Positions 29,089 to 38,450 of a DNA stretch of 64,000 nucleotides are shown in pieces. Origin of the DNA: an uncultured Eubacteriales bacterium. Its GTDB lineage: Bacteria; Acidobacteriota; Aminicenantia; Aminicenantales; Aminicenantaceae. The stretch covers positions 941 through 64,940 of the forward strand of contig CAYWDH010000011.1 of NCBI GenBank assembly GCA_964456985.1, in the 5' to 3' direction. Each line of letters opens with the position of its first letter. The stretch's first letter is position 1. The translations under genes were made by a program, and so were the position numbers. The notes below the pieces were generated by a model. It was not told where the DNA came from, made no database searches, and saw only the letters and a program-made list of their open reading frames with translations.

Positions 29089-30104
29089 AAAGAACAAGCC
29101 GCCGCACAGTCAAAGATACCCTGGAATTTGGAATGCCGGATAGAATACCGCGCCAGATCTGGATACTCCCTTGGGCGGAAAAAAAATTCCCTGAAACAGT
29201 AAAATTCCTTCACAAAAACTATCCTGATGACATCGTGCCTGCCCCGGCCTTTTACAACAAACCTCTTGAAATACAGGGAGACCGGTACACACAGGGAGTC
29301 TATATTGACGAATGGGGCTGTAAATTTGCAAATCCCCAGGAAGGCATTATAGGGATTACCAGAGAGCCTCTGATTGACCGCTGGGAAGACCTGGAAGATT
29401 TTAAACCTCCCGAGTCAGTCCTTGATCTGGATAAAGAAAAAATCAATGCTTTCTGCAGGGATACGGATGTTTTCGTGCTGGCAGGGACCTTGACCAGACC
29501 TTTTGAAAGGCTTCAGTTCATAAGGACCATGGAAAAGGCGCTTGTGGATCTGATGGAAAAACCAAATGAGCTGTTTGTTCTTATTGATATGATCCATGCG
29601 CATTATTTAAAAGAAGTCGAAGCATGGGCTAAAACAGATATTGACGGAATATCCTTAATGGACGACTGGGGAACCCAGCACGGGCTCATCACAAACCCTG
29701 AAATATTCAAGGATATATTCCTCCCCCTTTATAAAGAGTATGCGGAAATTGCTGAAGCCCATGGAAAATATGTCTTCATGCATTCAGACGGATATATAAC
29801 AGACATCATCCAGGACCTGATCGATGCGGGGGTTCATGCCCTGAATTCCCAGCTTTTCTGTATGGATATTCCCGAACTGGGAAGAAAGTTCCGCGGGAAA
29901 ATGACTTTCTGGGGGGAGCTGGATCGGCAGGAAGTCCTGATGAACGGTTCTCAAGAAGACGTAGAAAAAGCCATCTATTATGTTTGGGAAAACCTTTTTC
30001 AGGACGGCGGCGTCATTGCCCAGTGCGAGTTTGGGCTTGAAGCAAAACCAGAAAACATAATCCATACTTTTAAAGTATGGGATGAAATCTCAAAAACCTT
30101 ATAA
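29085..30104 (+). CDS. Uroporphyrinogen decarboxylase (URO-D)/MtaA-like family protein
   Basis: ORF 28974..30104. I prefer the ATG at 29085, which forms an ATGA overlap with the preceding stop. It has a TIM-barrel URO-D-like pattern (HAHYLKEVEAWAKTDIDGISLMDDWGTQHGL...FMHSDGYITDIIQDLIDAGVHALN). Confidence 0.55.
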   Translation: MKRTSRRTVKDTLEFGMPDRIPRQIWILPWAEKKFPETVKFLHKNYPDDIVPAPAFYNKPLEIQGDRYTQGVYIDEWGCKFANPQEGIIGITREPLIDRWEDLEDFKPPESVLDLDKEKINAFCRDTDVFVLAGTLTRPFERLQFIRTMEKALVDLMEKPNELFVLIDMIHAHYLKEVEAWAKTDIDGISLMDDWGTQHGLITNPEIFKDIFLPLYKEYAEIAEAHGKYVFMHSDGYITDIIQDLIDAGVHALNSQLFCMDIPELGRKFRGKMTFWGELDRQEVLMNGSQEDVEKAIYYVWENLFQDGGVIAQCEFGLEAKPENIIHTFKVWDEISKTL

Positions 30105-32424
30105 GGAGGAAAAAATAAAACTAAAGAGCCTCTTTAAGCAGACAAACCTCATCTTTTTGGATAAAAAGTCCTATCCGGTTAAAAGGACCATTGCCCGTGA
30201 GTTATCCAAGCGCACCTCTCCGGATACAAAGATACAATCCATTCCTTACGGGGATATGCCAAAGAAAAAGGGCGTTTTCTATATTTCCATACTGGATGAT
30301 GTCCCTGATTATCTTTCTTTTCTCCCTCAGGGCTGTATACCAGCCCAAAACGAATGGGTCCTCTTTCATGCAGATCCGTGCGGCTGTGCCTGGCTTCTCT
30401 CATCAAAACCTCATTTCCTGTATATGGCTTATAAATATATACTTGAAAACTTCAAGGACCAGGAAATCTCTTCCTTTACTCCCTGGATAAAAACCATCAG
30501 CTTCCCTATTGAAAAATCCACATTTGACCTGTTTCTCACACAATATGCACGAATGATGCGTCATTTTGATAAAGAAAATTATCTGAAAGAATATGCCCGG
30601 ATCGGATTCTCACATATGGAAATCAATGCCCTTGCCTGTGACAGACCTCTGGAAAAGGGTGTCCCCGGAGAATTTTATCCGGAATTCTATACCTACTGCC
30701 CCGCCCTAGATCAGTTCGCATCCAGCAGCCTGAACAAGGGGATCTATCCGGAAAAATACTTGGAACGAAACAGAAGGCTTTTAAAAAGCCATGCTCAGAC
30801 CGCTCTTAAATACGGGCTCGTTCCCGGACTGCTCTGTTTTGAGCCAAGGTCTGTTCCTGAAGAGATCTTTAAAAAATACCCGACATTAAGAGGGGCCAGG
30901 GTCGACCATCCTTTCCGGAGCTTCAAGCCGAGATACAATCTCTCCACAGCCCATCCTGCGGTCAAAAAACACTATGCGGAAATGCTGACAAAAATCATGA
31001 AGGACATCCCGGAACTGGAATTCATGACCATCTGGACAAACGACAGCGGAGCCGGATTCGAATACACAAAATCCCTTTACGTGGGCCGCAACGGCGGCGC
31101 CTATCTTATCAGGGAATGGAAGGATGATGAAGATATTGCCCGGGCCGCCGCAGAAAATATTTCCGGCTTTTTTACCACCATCCTGGAAGCCGGAAAAAAG
31201 ATCAATCCGAAATTCAGGGTCATCACGCGTCTAGAGTCTTTTTACGGCGAACGAAAGCATCTGTTGCCTAAAATAAAAAACGGAGTGGATGTGGAGGTCA
31301 ACTCCTTATTGACCGCAGGATGGGAAAGCTATTACAGGCATCCGGTCTACCCTGATAGTAAAGTCTGCGGTTCCGCGCTTCAAAACAGACTGGATAAAAA
31401 GGAAAAAAAAGGTGCAGAAGACCTTTGCTCAAGAAAAAGCCGTGCTTTTTTCTTTCATTCTTTTGGCTCACACACCAACTGTGAACCTTTGCTCGGCATT
31501 CCCTTCCCCTGGCTGGTCTATGAAAAGCTTTGCTCAGCCTACGGCTTGCAGATAAAAACCTTGTCCCACATAGGAGGCATAAGTCCCCCGGATAGTGTTC
31601 CCTTCTCGATCAATCGGGAAATATTCAGGAAATTCCAGTTCAATCCGGATATGGATGTCGAAGAAGCCGTCTCTGAAATCGCCATAAAATACTGCGGTAC
31701 AGAGCGCGCCTCCTCTCTTGTCAAAGCCTGGAGGCTCATTGACAGATCCGTAAGAAGCTTTCCTCCCCTTTCGATCTATTCCCATTACGGGGTCGTGTGG
31801 CAGCGCTTATTCGTGCGGCCTCTGGTTCCTGATATCTCGGCCATCCCGGAAAAAGAAAGAGCTTATTATGAAGACCATATGTGTACCTCAGTTCACAATC
31901 CGAATAAAATCGACCTCTCAAAAGACGTGCTGTTTGATCTTATCTCAAAGCAATACGCGGAGAAATGTTTTAAAAGGATCGATCAAAACGTATTCCCTCC
32001 CCTGGATAAGGCGATAAGCCTTTTGGGTAAATACAAAGCATCGGATAAGTCTTTTCTGGATCAGTACTGGAGGGCCAGAGCCCTGAAATGCCTGTACGAG
32101 ACGCTGCGCAGCACCGCTGTTTGGATCTACGGTGTCTATGAATACATGGAAAATGAGGAGCCGGCAAAAAGAACTAGAGTAAAAAAATTTCTTGGAGATA
32201 TGATAGAAAGGGAGATCGAAAACAGCCGCTGTCTCATTGAGATCTGGGAGAAAGCCCCCATAGATTGGATGATCGTATCAAAGAACGAAGAGACTCCCTT
32301 TATTTACGGAGAAAATTTTCCGGATCTGATGAAAAAGAGAATAAAACTCATGCACAAATACAGGAACAGGGAACCATTCATAGACCAAAAATTCATGTTC
32401 AGGGTAAAAAACAATCCTTTTTAA
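30082..32424 (+). CDS. Large hypothetical protein (780 aa), no signal peptide
   Basis: Uninterrupted ORF overlapping the upstream gene by 23 nt. No motif recognised. It is the last gene of the + strand glycan cluster. Confidence 0.55.
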   Translation: MKSQKPYKEEKIKLKSLFKQTNLIFLDKKSYPVKRTIARELSKRTSPDTKIQSIPYGDMPKKKGVFYISILDDVPDYLSFLPQGCIPAQNEWVLFHADPCGCAWLLSSKPHFLYMAYKYILENFKDQEISSFTPWIKTISFPIEKSTFDLFLTQYARMMRHFDKENYLKEYARIGFSHMEINALACDRPLEKGVPGEFYPEFYTYCPALDQFASSSLNKGIYPEKYLERNRRLLKSHAQTALKYGLVPGLLCFEPRSVPEEIFKKYPTLRGARVDHPFRSFKPRYNLSTAHPAVKKHYAEMLTKIMKDIPELEFMTIWTNDSGAGFEYTKSLYVGRNGGAYLIREWKDDEDIARAAAENISGFFTTILEAGKKINPKFRVITRLESFYGERKHLLPKIKNGVDVEVNSLLTAGWESYYRHPVYPDSKVCGSALQNRLDKKEKKGAEDLCSRKSRAFFFHSFGSHTNCEPLLGIPFPWLVYEKLCSAYGLQIKTLSHIGGISPPDSVPFSINREIFRKFQFNPDMDVEEAVSEIAIKYCGTERASSLVKAWRLIDRSVRSFPPLSIYSHYGVVWQRLFVRPLVPDISAIPEKERAYYEDHMCTSVHNPNKIDLSKDVLFDLISKQYAEKCFKRIDQNVFPPLDKAISLLGKYKASDKSFLDQYWRARALKCLYETLRSTAVWIYGVYEYMENEEPAKRTRVKKFLGDMIEREIENSRCLIEIWEKAPIDWMIVSKNEETPFIYGENFPDLMKKRIKLMHKYRNREPFIDQKFMFRVKNNPF

Positions 32425-34160
32425 CGCCGAACACGGCCGTGCGTTTCGCCCCGGGCAAGCCTCTCGACCTCTTCAGCGGAAACGATATTAAAATCCCCGT
32501 ACACAGTGTGTTTGAGAACCGCAGAAGCGATCCCGAATTCAAGAGCCTTTTTATCCTTTTCTCCTTTAAGCAGGCTGAAGATCAAACCGGCAGCGAAAGC
32601 ATCTCCGGTCCCCACCCTGTCAGTTATCCATACCTTGTATTTGGGTCCCACAATAAATTCTTTTCCGTTGAAAAGACATGCGGACCAGTTGTTCTCCGTT
32701 GCAGACAGACTTTCTCTTAAGGTTATGGCTGCTTTCTCCAGATCAAAACGCTTGCAAAGTGTCTCCATCATCTGTCTATATCCCTCTGTATCAAGCTTTG
32801 CTTTAGACACATCACTCTTTTCAGGTTTTATGCCGAAAACACGGGTCGAATCTTCCTCGTTTCCGATCATGATATTCGTATATTCCATAAGTTCTGTCAT
32901 AACAGCTTGAGCTTTGGTCTCATCCCAGAGTTTTTTTCTGTAATTAAGGTCTGCGCTCACTTTGATCCCTAAGTTTTTGGCGGTTTTAAGACCTTTGCGA
33001 AGACATTTTTCAACGGAATCTCCCAGGGCAGGCGTGATCCCTGTCCAGTGGAACCACTGAACGTCCTGTAAAACCTCTTTCCAGTCCACTGCATCCGGAG
33101 ATATTTGAGAAACAGAAGAGCCTTTCCTGTCATACACGACCCTGGAAGGCCTGGGGCCTGAGCCGTGCTCCAGGTAATAAATACCCAGGCGGTCGCCGCT
33201 CCTTTCAATGAACCGTGTGTTCACTCCAAATCTTCTTAAGGTACTGACCGCGGCATCTCCGATGTCATTTTTCGGAACAGCTGAAACAAAAAAGGATTCC
33301 ATACCGAACCGTGCAAGACAAACTGCCACATTGGCTTCTGCCCCGCCAAAATGGACATTCAATGTGTTTGTGTTTTCAAGGCGGAATCCTTCGTCCGGGG
33401 AAAGTCTCAGCATGATCTCTCCGAATGTCACAACCTTTGGCACGGGCCCCTGCATTGAAACCGGCTTCTTTTCCCTTACGGCTTTTCTCGGGTTTAAACT
33501 AGCCTTCCACAGGGCACAATCTCTTTTCATTAACTCGGGGTCACTTATATTTTTAGTCAATGCTGAAGCACAGAAGATCCCCTCCGGATCAAAAGCATTG
33601 GCCTGTTCAAGGTTTTCCAGCTTTATTCCGCCGGTATAGAAAACAGTGATACCTTTGTACGGGCCTTCCCAGGCCTTTTTGAGGGCCATGTTGTCCCTGT
33701 CACCGAAAAAAGCAGGAAACAGCTTATAAACCCACTGATAAGGATACTTCTGCCTGAGTGTATCTAGAGAACAGCCGTACCTTTCTGCCTTCTGGACCAG
33801 CTGTTTTCCGATATCTGAAAGTCCCCCTGGAACACACAGAATATCTTTTTTTATGCAGGCTTCGACAACACCGGGAACATAATCTGCGGATATGACCCCG
33901 GCAGCACCGAGGTCTATCACTTTTTCCGCCTGTTTTTTCGTCATGACGGTTCCGGCAAGAACAAGAGCATCCGGATAGCGGTCCATAACCCCTTTGATGC
34001 CCTTTTCTGTATACGGCGACCGCAGAGCGATCTCGAGCACGATCCCTTCCTTATTCAAAATATCATAAGCTCTGACGCATTCGCTTGTGCTTTTCGGATT
34101 GAGTAAAGCCACTAACCTGTTCTTTTTTAGTAACTTAAATATTTTTTCAGATTTATTCAT
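32421..34160 (-). CDS. Fusion protein: KDPG/KHG aldolase (Eda) N-terminal domain + 2-keto-3-deoxygluconate kinase (KdgK, PfkB family) C-terminal domain
   Basis: 579 aa. The N-terminal domain is Eda-like (EIALRSPYTEKGIKGV...GAAGVISADYVPGVVE...YKLFPA). The C-terminal domain is PfkB-like (VVTFGEIMLRLSP...FGGAEANVAVCLARFG...DRVGTGDAFAAGLIF). Confidence 0.75.
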   Translation of the reverse strand: MNKSEKIFKLLKKNRLVALLNPKSTSECVRAYDILNKEGIVLEIALRSPYTEKGIKGVMDRYPDALVLAGTVMTKKQAEKVIDLGAAGVISADYVPGVVEACIKKDILCVPGGLSDIGKQLVQKAERYGCSLDTLRQKYPYQWVYKLFPAFFGDRDNMALKKAWEGPYKGITVFYTGGIKLENLEQANAFDPEGIFCASALTKNISDPELMKRDCALWKASLNPRKAVREKKPVSMQGPVPKVVTFGEIMLRLSPDEGFRLENTNTLNVHFGGAEANVAVCLARFGMESFFVSAVPKNDIGDAAVSTLRRFGVNTRFIERSGDRLGIYYLEHGSGPRPSRVVYDRKGSSVSQISPDAVDWKEVLQDVQWFHWTGITPALGDSVEKCLRKGLKTAKNLGIKVSADLNYRKKLWDETKAQAVMTELMEYTNIMIGNEEDSTRVFGIKPEKSDVSKAKLDTEGYRQMMETLCKRFDLEKAAITLRESLSATENNWSACLFNGKEFIVGPKYKVWITDRVGTGDAFAAGLIFSLLKGEKDKKALEFGIASAVLKHTVYGDFNIVSAEEVERLARGETHGRVRR

Positions 34161-34184
34161 TTCTATACTCCGCTTGCTCTGAAA

Positions 34185-34976
34185 TCAGAATTTTCTTATA
34201 TTCATGCCTCCGCTGACCTCGATGACAGCGCCTGTGGAATAAGCAAACTCCCCCCGGGCCAGCGCAGCAACGGCTTTCCCGACATCTTCGGGTGTTCCCC
34301 ATTTTTTCTGGGGGACGAATCCTTCACTGATCAGCCGATCGTACTTCTTTTTTACAGGTTTTGTCATATCCGTATCAATGATTCCCGGCCGTATCTCATA
34401 AACATTGATCCCATGATCCGCTAAACGGTGGGCATAGATATGGGCTGCCTGGCTCAATGCGGCTTTAGAAATACAGTATTCGGCTCTATTTGGAGAGGAC
34501 AATACAGCGGAAACAGAAGAGATAAACACAATACAGGGCTTGTAATCCGGGTTTTCTTGTTTGTGTTTGATCATGAGCCTGGCTACTTTTTGAGTGAGAA
34601 AAAAAGCTCCCCGTATATTGATTGACATGACCCTGTCAAAGCTCTCAGGGGTTGCCTCAAGGATATCTTTTCTCTCCACAGGACCCACACCTGCATTGTT
34701 TACAAACACATCTATGACTCCGAATCTCTGCATGACATCGTCAATGAGCTTCTCGTGAAATCTCAGATCCGAGATATCTCCTTGAACAGGGAGAAATTCG
34801 GCTTTGAGCTCTTCCGCTCTTTTTTTCACTTCCAGAAGTCCTGATTTTTTATCAGGAGAGGATAGACGCGTGGCGTTTCCCGCGATGTTTAATCCATTTT
34901 TCGCCAGTTCCAGAGCAATCCCCCGCCCTATTCCTCTGGATGCTCCTGTGATCAAGGCAATCTTTCTTTTATCCAC
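34185..34976 (-). CDS. Short-chain dehydrogenase/reductase (KduD / FabG-like)
   Basis: 263 aa with TGASRGIGRGIALELA (TGxxxGxG), NNAG, and the S...YxxxK catalytic pattern (YCISKAAL). Confidence 0.8.
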   Translation of the reverse strand: MDKRKIALITGASRGIGRGIALELAKNGLNIAGNATRLSSPDKKSGLLEVKKRAEELKAEFLPVQGDISDLRFHEKLIDDVMQRFGVIDVFVNNAGVGPVERKDILEATPESFDRVMSINIRGAFFLTQKVARLMIKHKQENPDYKPCIVFISSVSAVLSSPNRAEYCISKAALSQAAHIYAHRLADHGINVYEIRPGIIDTDMTKPVKKKYDRLISEGFVPQKKWGTPEDVGKAVAALARGEFAYSTGAVIEVSGGMNIRKF

Positions 34977-34977
34977 T

Positions 34978-36999
34978 TTATATCTCCTCTTTTATGATCT
35001 TATCATTCCTGAAGTCCCTCCATACGTTTTCAAACCACGCCTTCTTGGAGGGAACCGGCCTGATGCTGACCCATCTTTTCTTTACGGAAAGGTCTTTATC
35101 CAGACTCACTTCAAGGATCCTGCTCGCAGTATATGAACCGGGTTTTTCACGGCTAAATCTCCAGCTCTCGCCCAATGCTCCGCAGGGCTTTTTTCCTTGA
35201 GGATCCAGTACTATAGAGGATCCCCTGCTTTTACCGCCCTTCTCCAGGTATTCATACACAGCTTCCAGATACACGGCATGCGTAAGACACAGATCCAGAC
35301 ACTTGAACGCTTCGGGAAGTTCTCTTGAGGACCTTATCGCTATCTCTTTTTTCAGCCTGTCGTAAAGATTCCAGGCCTTTTGTTTTTCTCTGAAAACGAC
35401 CTCTTTGGCCCTTACGACCGCTCCGTGAGATGACATTCTCTTCTTTATCTCTTTTAGGGCTTTACTTAGAGAAAAATTTTCGGGGACAGGTTTTGATAAA
35501 ATACCCCGTGCAAACACGATGGTTCCGGATATTTTATCCTGCAAACCTTGTAGAAAATCTTCGGCTCCCGGGGGGTCGTAAGCATATTTTTTCGAAATAA
35601 ATAGAGCTGCACGTAGTCCACCTACCTGGCATGCATTAAGGGAGGAACCTCCCGGACGCCGGACCCCGTGTGTGCCGCAGACCTCTCCGACAGGAAAGAG
35701 GTGTCTGACATTTGACTCCCACCAGATGTTGGCTTTCAATCCTCCGTTATTGTGCTGGGCACACACGGCGATCTCCAACCGCTCTTTTTCCAGATCGATC
35801 TCGTGGTCTTTAAAGATCCGGTAAGCAGGAAAGTTCACTTTCTTGAGTCTCTGGACAGGTGTACCGAACAAAGCGCCGGATTTTTCAAGATAAGCATAGG
35901 CCTGTTCATCCAAAAGGGAGATATCGAATCCGGACATCTTTCCTTCGCCTTTCGGATTCTGTGTATAATCCAAGAAAACACGCCTCCCTTTTTTTACGGT
36001 TTCTCTGTAAACAAGGACATCTATCAGTGATGATCCGTAATTTCGGATTTTTTCCACATCAAAAGGCCACTCGTATCCTTTCAAAAATATAGCAGTGGAC
36101 AGGGTGCCTATATCAGGGAAAAAAGGATTGAGAAACTCTTTTTCATCTCTGCCGTTTTTATCCGTTGATAGATATCTGGGAATGGCCTGCTGGTATGTGC
36201 CGGAGAGATTCCATTTGAACTTCACGGATGCCAGACCGAACTGTGATTCGGTCAGATTGTTTCCAGCTGCTCCTGCTTCAAAGGCAAGCCCAGTGGATCC
36301 CTGCTGGCTTTCAGGATAGACTGAGGACTCGTACATACCAGCTGGCCCCCCTGTTGCCAGAATAACATTTACCGTATTAAAAACCACAAATCCCATGGAT
36401 CCGGAATCGAGATGATTCCTGTCTAACGCCACAACTCCCTTTACCTGGTTCTGTCCGTCCTCCTCAGTATCCAGAAGAGCAATGACCTCATGTTTATCCA
36501 TAATTGTAATGCCTTTTTGTTTTATGTTCTCAATCAGCCGGCTGCATATCAAATGCGATGTGAGCGGACCGGCTGACGTGGCTCTTCCCAGAGGGTCGTT
36601 ATCTGTTTTATATCCCACATAGGAACCATAGGTATCATGAGGAAAAGGCACTCCCAAACGAACCAAATTCATGAAGCATCTTACGGAGTTTACGGCTTCG
36701 CATAAAGCCGTATCTCCATGCATGCAGCCTCCTTTAAAAAGGTCATGAGCCATCTTATCAGGAGAATCCAGTTTGCTTCCTGAAAGCGACAACTTATAAT
36801 AGGTCTGCTTATCAGAGCCTGCATTATAGGAGGTCCCTTTTCCTAAGCCATCTGTGACCACAGCTATGTCCTTTATCCCCTGTTCATAAAGACAGAGCGC
36901 TGTATTAAGGCCCGCTATACCGCTCCCTATGATAAGGGTATTTAAAGAATAACAGGGTATGCTTATCCCCCCTACTTTGACCATGCTTTTTTTAATCAT
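34978..36999 (-). CDS. FAD-binding flavoprotein of the fumarate reductase / succinate dehydrogenase / L-aspartate oxidase superfamily
   Basis: 673 aa with an N-terminal dinucleotide fold (LIIGSGIAGLNTALCL). It has TGGPAGMY and HNGGL...GEVCGTHGVRRPGGSSLN blocks typical of this flavoprotein class. The start forms an ATGA overlap with the upstream OYE-like gene. Confidence 0.65.
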   Translation of the reverse strand: MIKKSMVKVGGISIPCYSLNTLIIGSGIAGLNTALCLYEQGIKDIAVVTDGLGKGTSYNAGSDKQTYYKLSLSGSKLDSPDKMAHDLFKGGCMHGDTALCEAVNSVRCFMNLVRLGVPFPHDTYGSYVGYKTDNDPLGRATSAGPLTSHLICSRLIENIKQKGITIMDKHEVIALLDTEEDGQNQVKGVVALDRNHLDSGSMGFVVFNTVNVILATGGPAGMYESSVYPESQQGSTGLAFEAGAAGNNLTESQFGLASVKFKWNLSGTYQQAIPRYLSTDKNGRDEKEFLNPFFPDIGTLSTAIFLKGYEWPFDVEKIRNYGSSLIDVLVYRETVKKGRRVFLDYTQNPKGEGKMSGFDISLLDEQAYAYLEKSGALFGTPVQRLKKVNFPAYRIFKDHEIDLEKERLEIAVCAQHNNGGLKANIWWESNVRHLFPVGEVCGTHGVRRPGGSSLNACQVGGLRAALFISKKYAYDPPGAEDFLQGLQDKISGTIVFARGILSKPVPENFSLSKALKEIKKRMSSHGAVVRAKEVVFREKQKAWNLYDRLKKEIAIRSSRELPEAFKCLDLCLTHAVYLEAVYEYLEKGGKSRGSSIVLDPQGKKPCGALGESWRFSREKPGSYTASRILEVSLDKDLSVKKRWVSIRPVPSKKAWFENVWRDFRNDKIIKEEI

Positions 37000-38354
37000 T
37001 CTTTTGACTCCGGACGGTTAAGGGCTCTTCTCATTTTTTTATATTCCTCTCCGTATATGGAGAGGTCATGTACAACACACCCTGTTTTTACCAGATGGCG
37101 CATCAGTTCCGTACACCGCGAACAGGTAATACAGACCTTTCCTTTATCCAATTTACCTTTTTCCATAAGGTCACAAGGCGCATCCGGATAAGCAAAGGAA
37201 CTCCTTCCAAGCCCAATAAAAGAAGCTCTCTTCTTCTTTATAACCGCTGCTCCTACATAAGGGAAAAACTGGCGAAGCCATGAATAACCTGTCCCTACAA
37301 ACAGTACTTCGGGAAATTCTTCCTGCAGGTTTGAAACGGTTCTTATTAACCTTATCACTCCTTCCAAAGGGTCCTCCTCAGGCATCGGGGTTCCGTATGC
37401 AGGCCTGTCAAAAGGTCTTGTGATATGAGGTTTATAATAAGGATGACCTGCTGTAATATTAAGCAGTGTACAGCCCAGGATCAGGAGCCTTCTTATGAGG
37501 ACTTTTATCTCGGTAAGATCTATATCAGGGCTTGATTCTCTGGCAAATCCGAATCCATAGGGAAAAGGGATCCCGTCAAATACGTTTATGCGCGATGATA
37601 CACCCAGCCCTCCTATAGCGGACCTGATTTTCTGAACCACTTCCGTCAGAAACCGGCTTCTGTTCTCGAATCCTCCTCCGTAGCGGCTGTTCTTCCGCGT
37701 ATAAGCTCCAAGCAGTTCATTCAATAAATATCCATGACAGCTCTTGATATCTACGGCATCAAAACCAGCATGAAAGGCTAAATGTGCTGCTTCCAGAAAA
37801 TCATCCTGCAGAGAATCAAGTTCTTTATCACTTATAACTTCGAGATCTTGAGAATCCTTGTTCAAAAACGGATTGAAATTCACCACTTTAGGCTTATACC
37901 CTTTGACAGGCCTGCTGTATCTTCCTGAATGAGTAAGCTGAAGCACACAATAAATTCGGTGTGATGTGCCGAATTTCTCTGCTGCTGCTGAACGCACCTT
38001 TGCAACAAGCGTTTTAAAGGAACCAATATTTCCATTACTAATATAGAGCTGGTGCGGATTTGATCTGGAATCATCCGTGACCGCTGTGGCTTCAAACCAG
38101 ATAAGCCCGCTTCCCCCCTCTGCATAGCGAAGGTAGCGCCTCTCCGTCCATTTGCTCGGAGCGCCGTTCTGATAGGCATCAAATCCTTCCATGGGCTGAA
38201 CCGCCAGACGGTTCGGAACCTGAGTGCCGCTGATGGAAATTTTCTTAAAAAGGCTGGATATATCCTTACTAAAGGGAAGTCTGTATCCCAAATCCTCTGA
38301 AGCCTGTAACAGTTCGTCACTTGTTTTATAATTAAAAGGTTTGTGATAAGACAT
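36996..38354 (-). CDS. Old-yellow-enzyme-family NADH:flavin oxidoreductase with C-terminal Cys cluster
   Basis: 452 aa. TIM-barrel OYE blocks are present (NRLAVQPMEGFDA, FDAVDIKSCHGYLLNELL, RINVFDG). The C-terminal Cys pattern is CITCSRCTELM...GCVVHD. Confidence 0.65.
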   Translation of the reverse strand: MSYHKPFNYKTSDELLQASEDLGYRLPFSKDISSLFKKISISGTQVPNRLAVQPMEGFDAYQNGAPSKWTERRYLRYAEGGSGLIWFEATAVTDDSRSNPHQLYISNGNIGSFKTLVAKVRSAAAEKFGTSHRIYCVLQLTHSGRYSRPVKGYKPKVVNFNPFLNKDSQDLEVISDKELDSLQDDFLEAAHLAFHAGFDAVDIKSCHGYLLNELLGAYTRKNSRYGGGFENRSRFLTEVVQKIRSAIGGLGVSSRINVFDGIPFPYGFGFARESSPDIDLTEIKVLIRRLLILGCTLLNITAGHPYYKPHITRPFDRPAYGTPMPEEDPLEGVIRLIRTVSNLQEEFPEVLFVGTGYSWLRQFFPYVGAAVIKKKRASFIGLGRSSFAYPDAPCDLMEKGKLDKGKVCITCSRCTELMRHLVKTGCVVHDLSIYGEEYKKMRRALNRPESKE

Positions 38355-38450
38355 GTCTCTCCGTATTTTATTAAATTTGAGTAAAAAATGGGAACAAAAA
38401 ATTTGAATTAAATACCTGTTTATAAGAAAATAACAAAGGTGAGTTGATTA

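Noticed and set aside
32421-32424. Convergent genes 30082..32424 (+) and 32421..34160 (-) overlap by 4 nt at their stop codons, considered as a sign of misannotation or a frameshift.
   Set aside because: Both ORFs are long and uninterrupted, and the minus-strand one has clear domain motifs to its C-terminus. Overlapping convergent stops (ttaa) are a benign consequence of tight packing.
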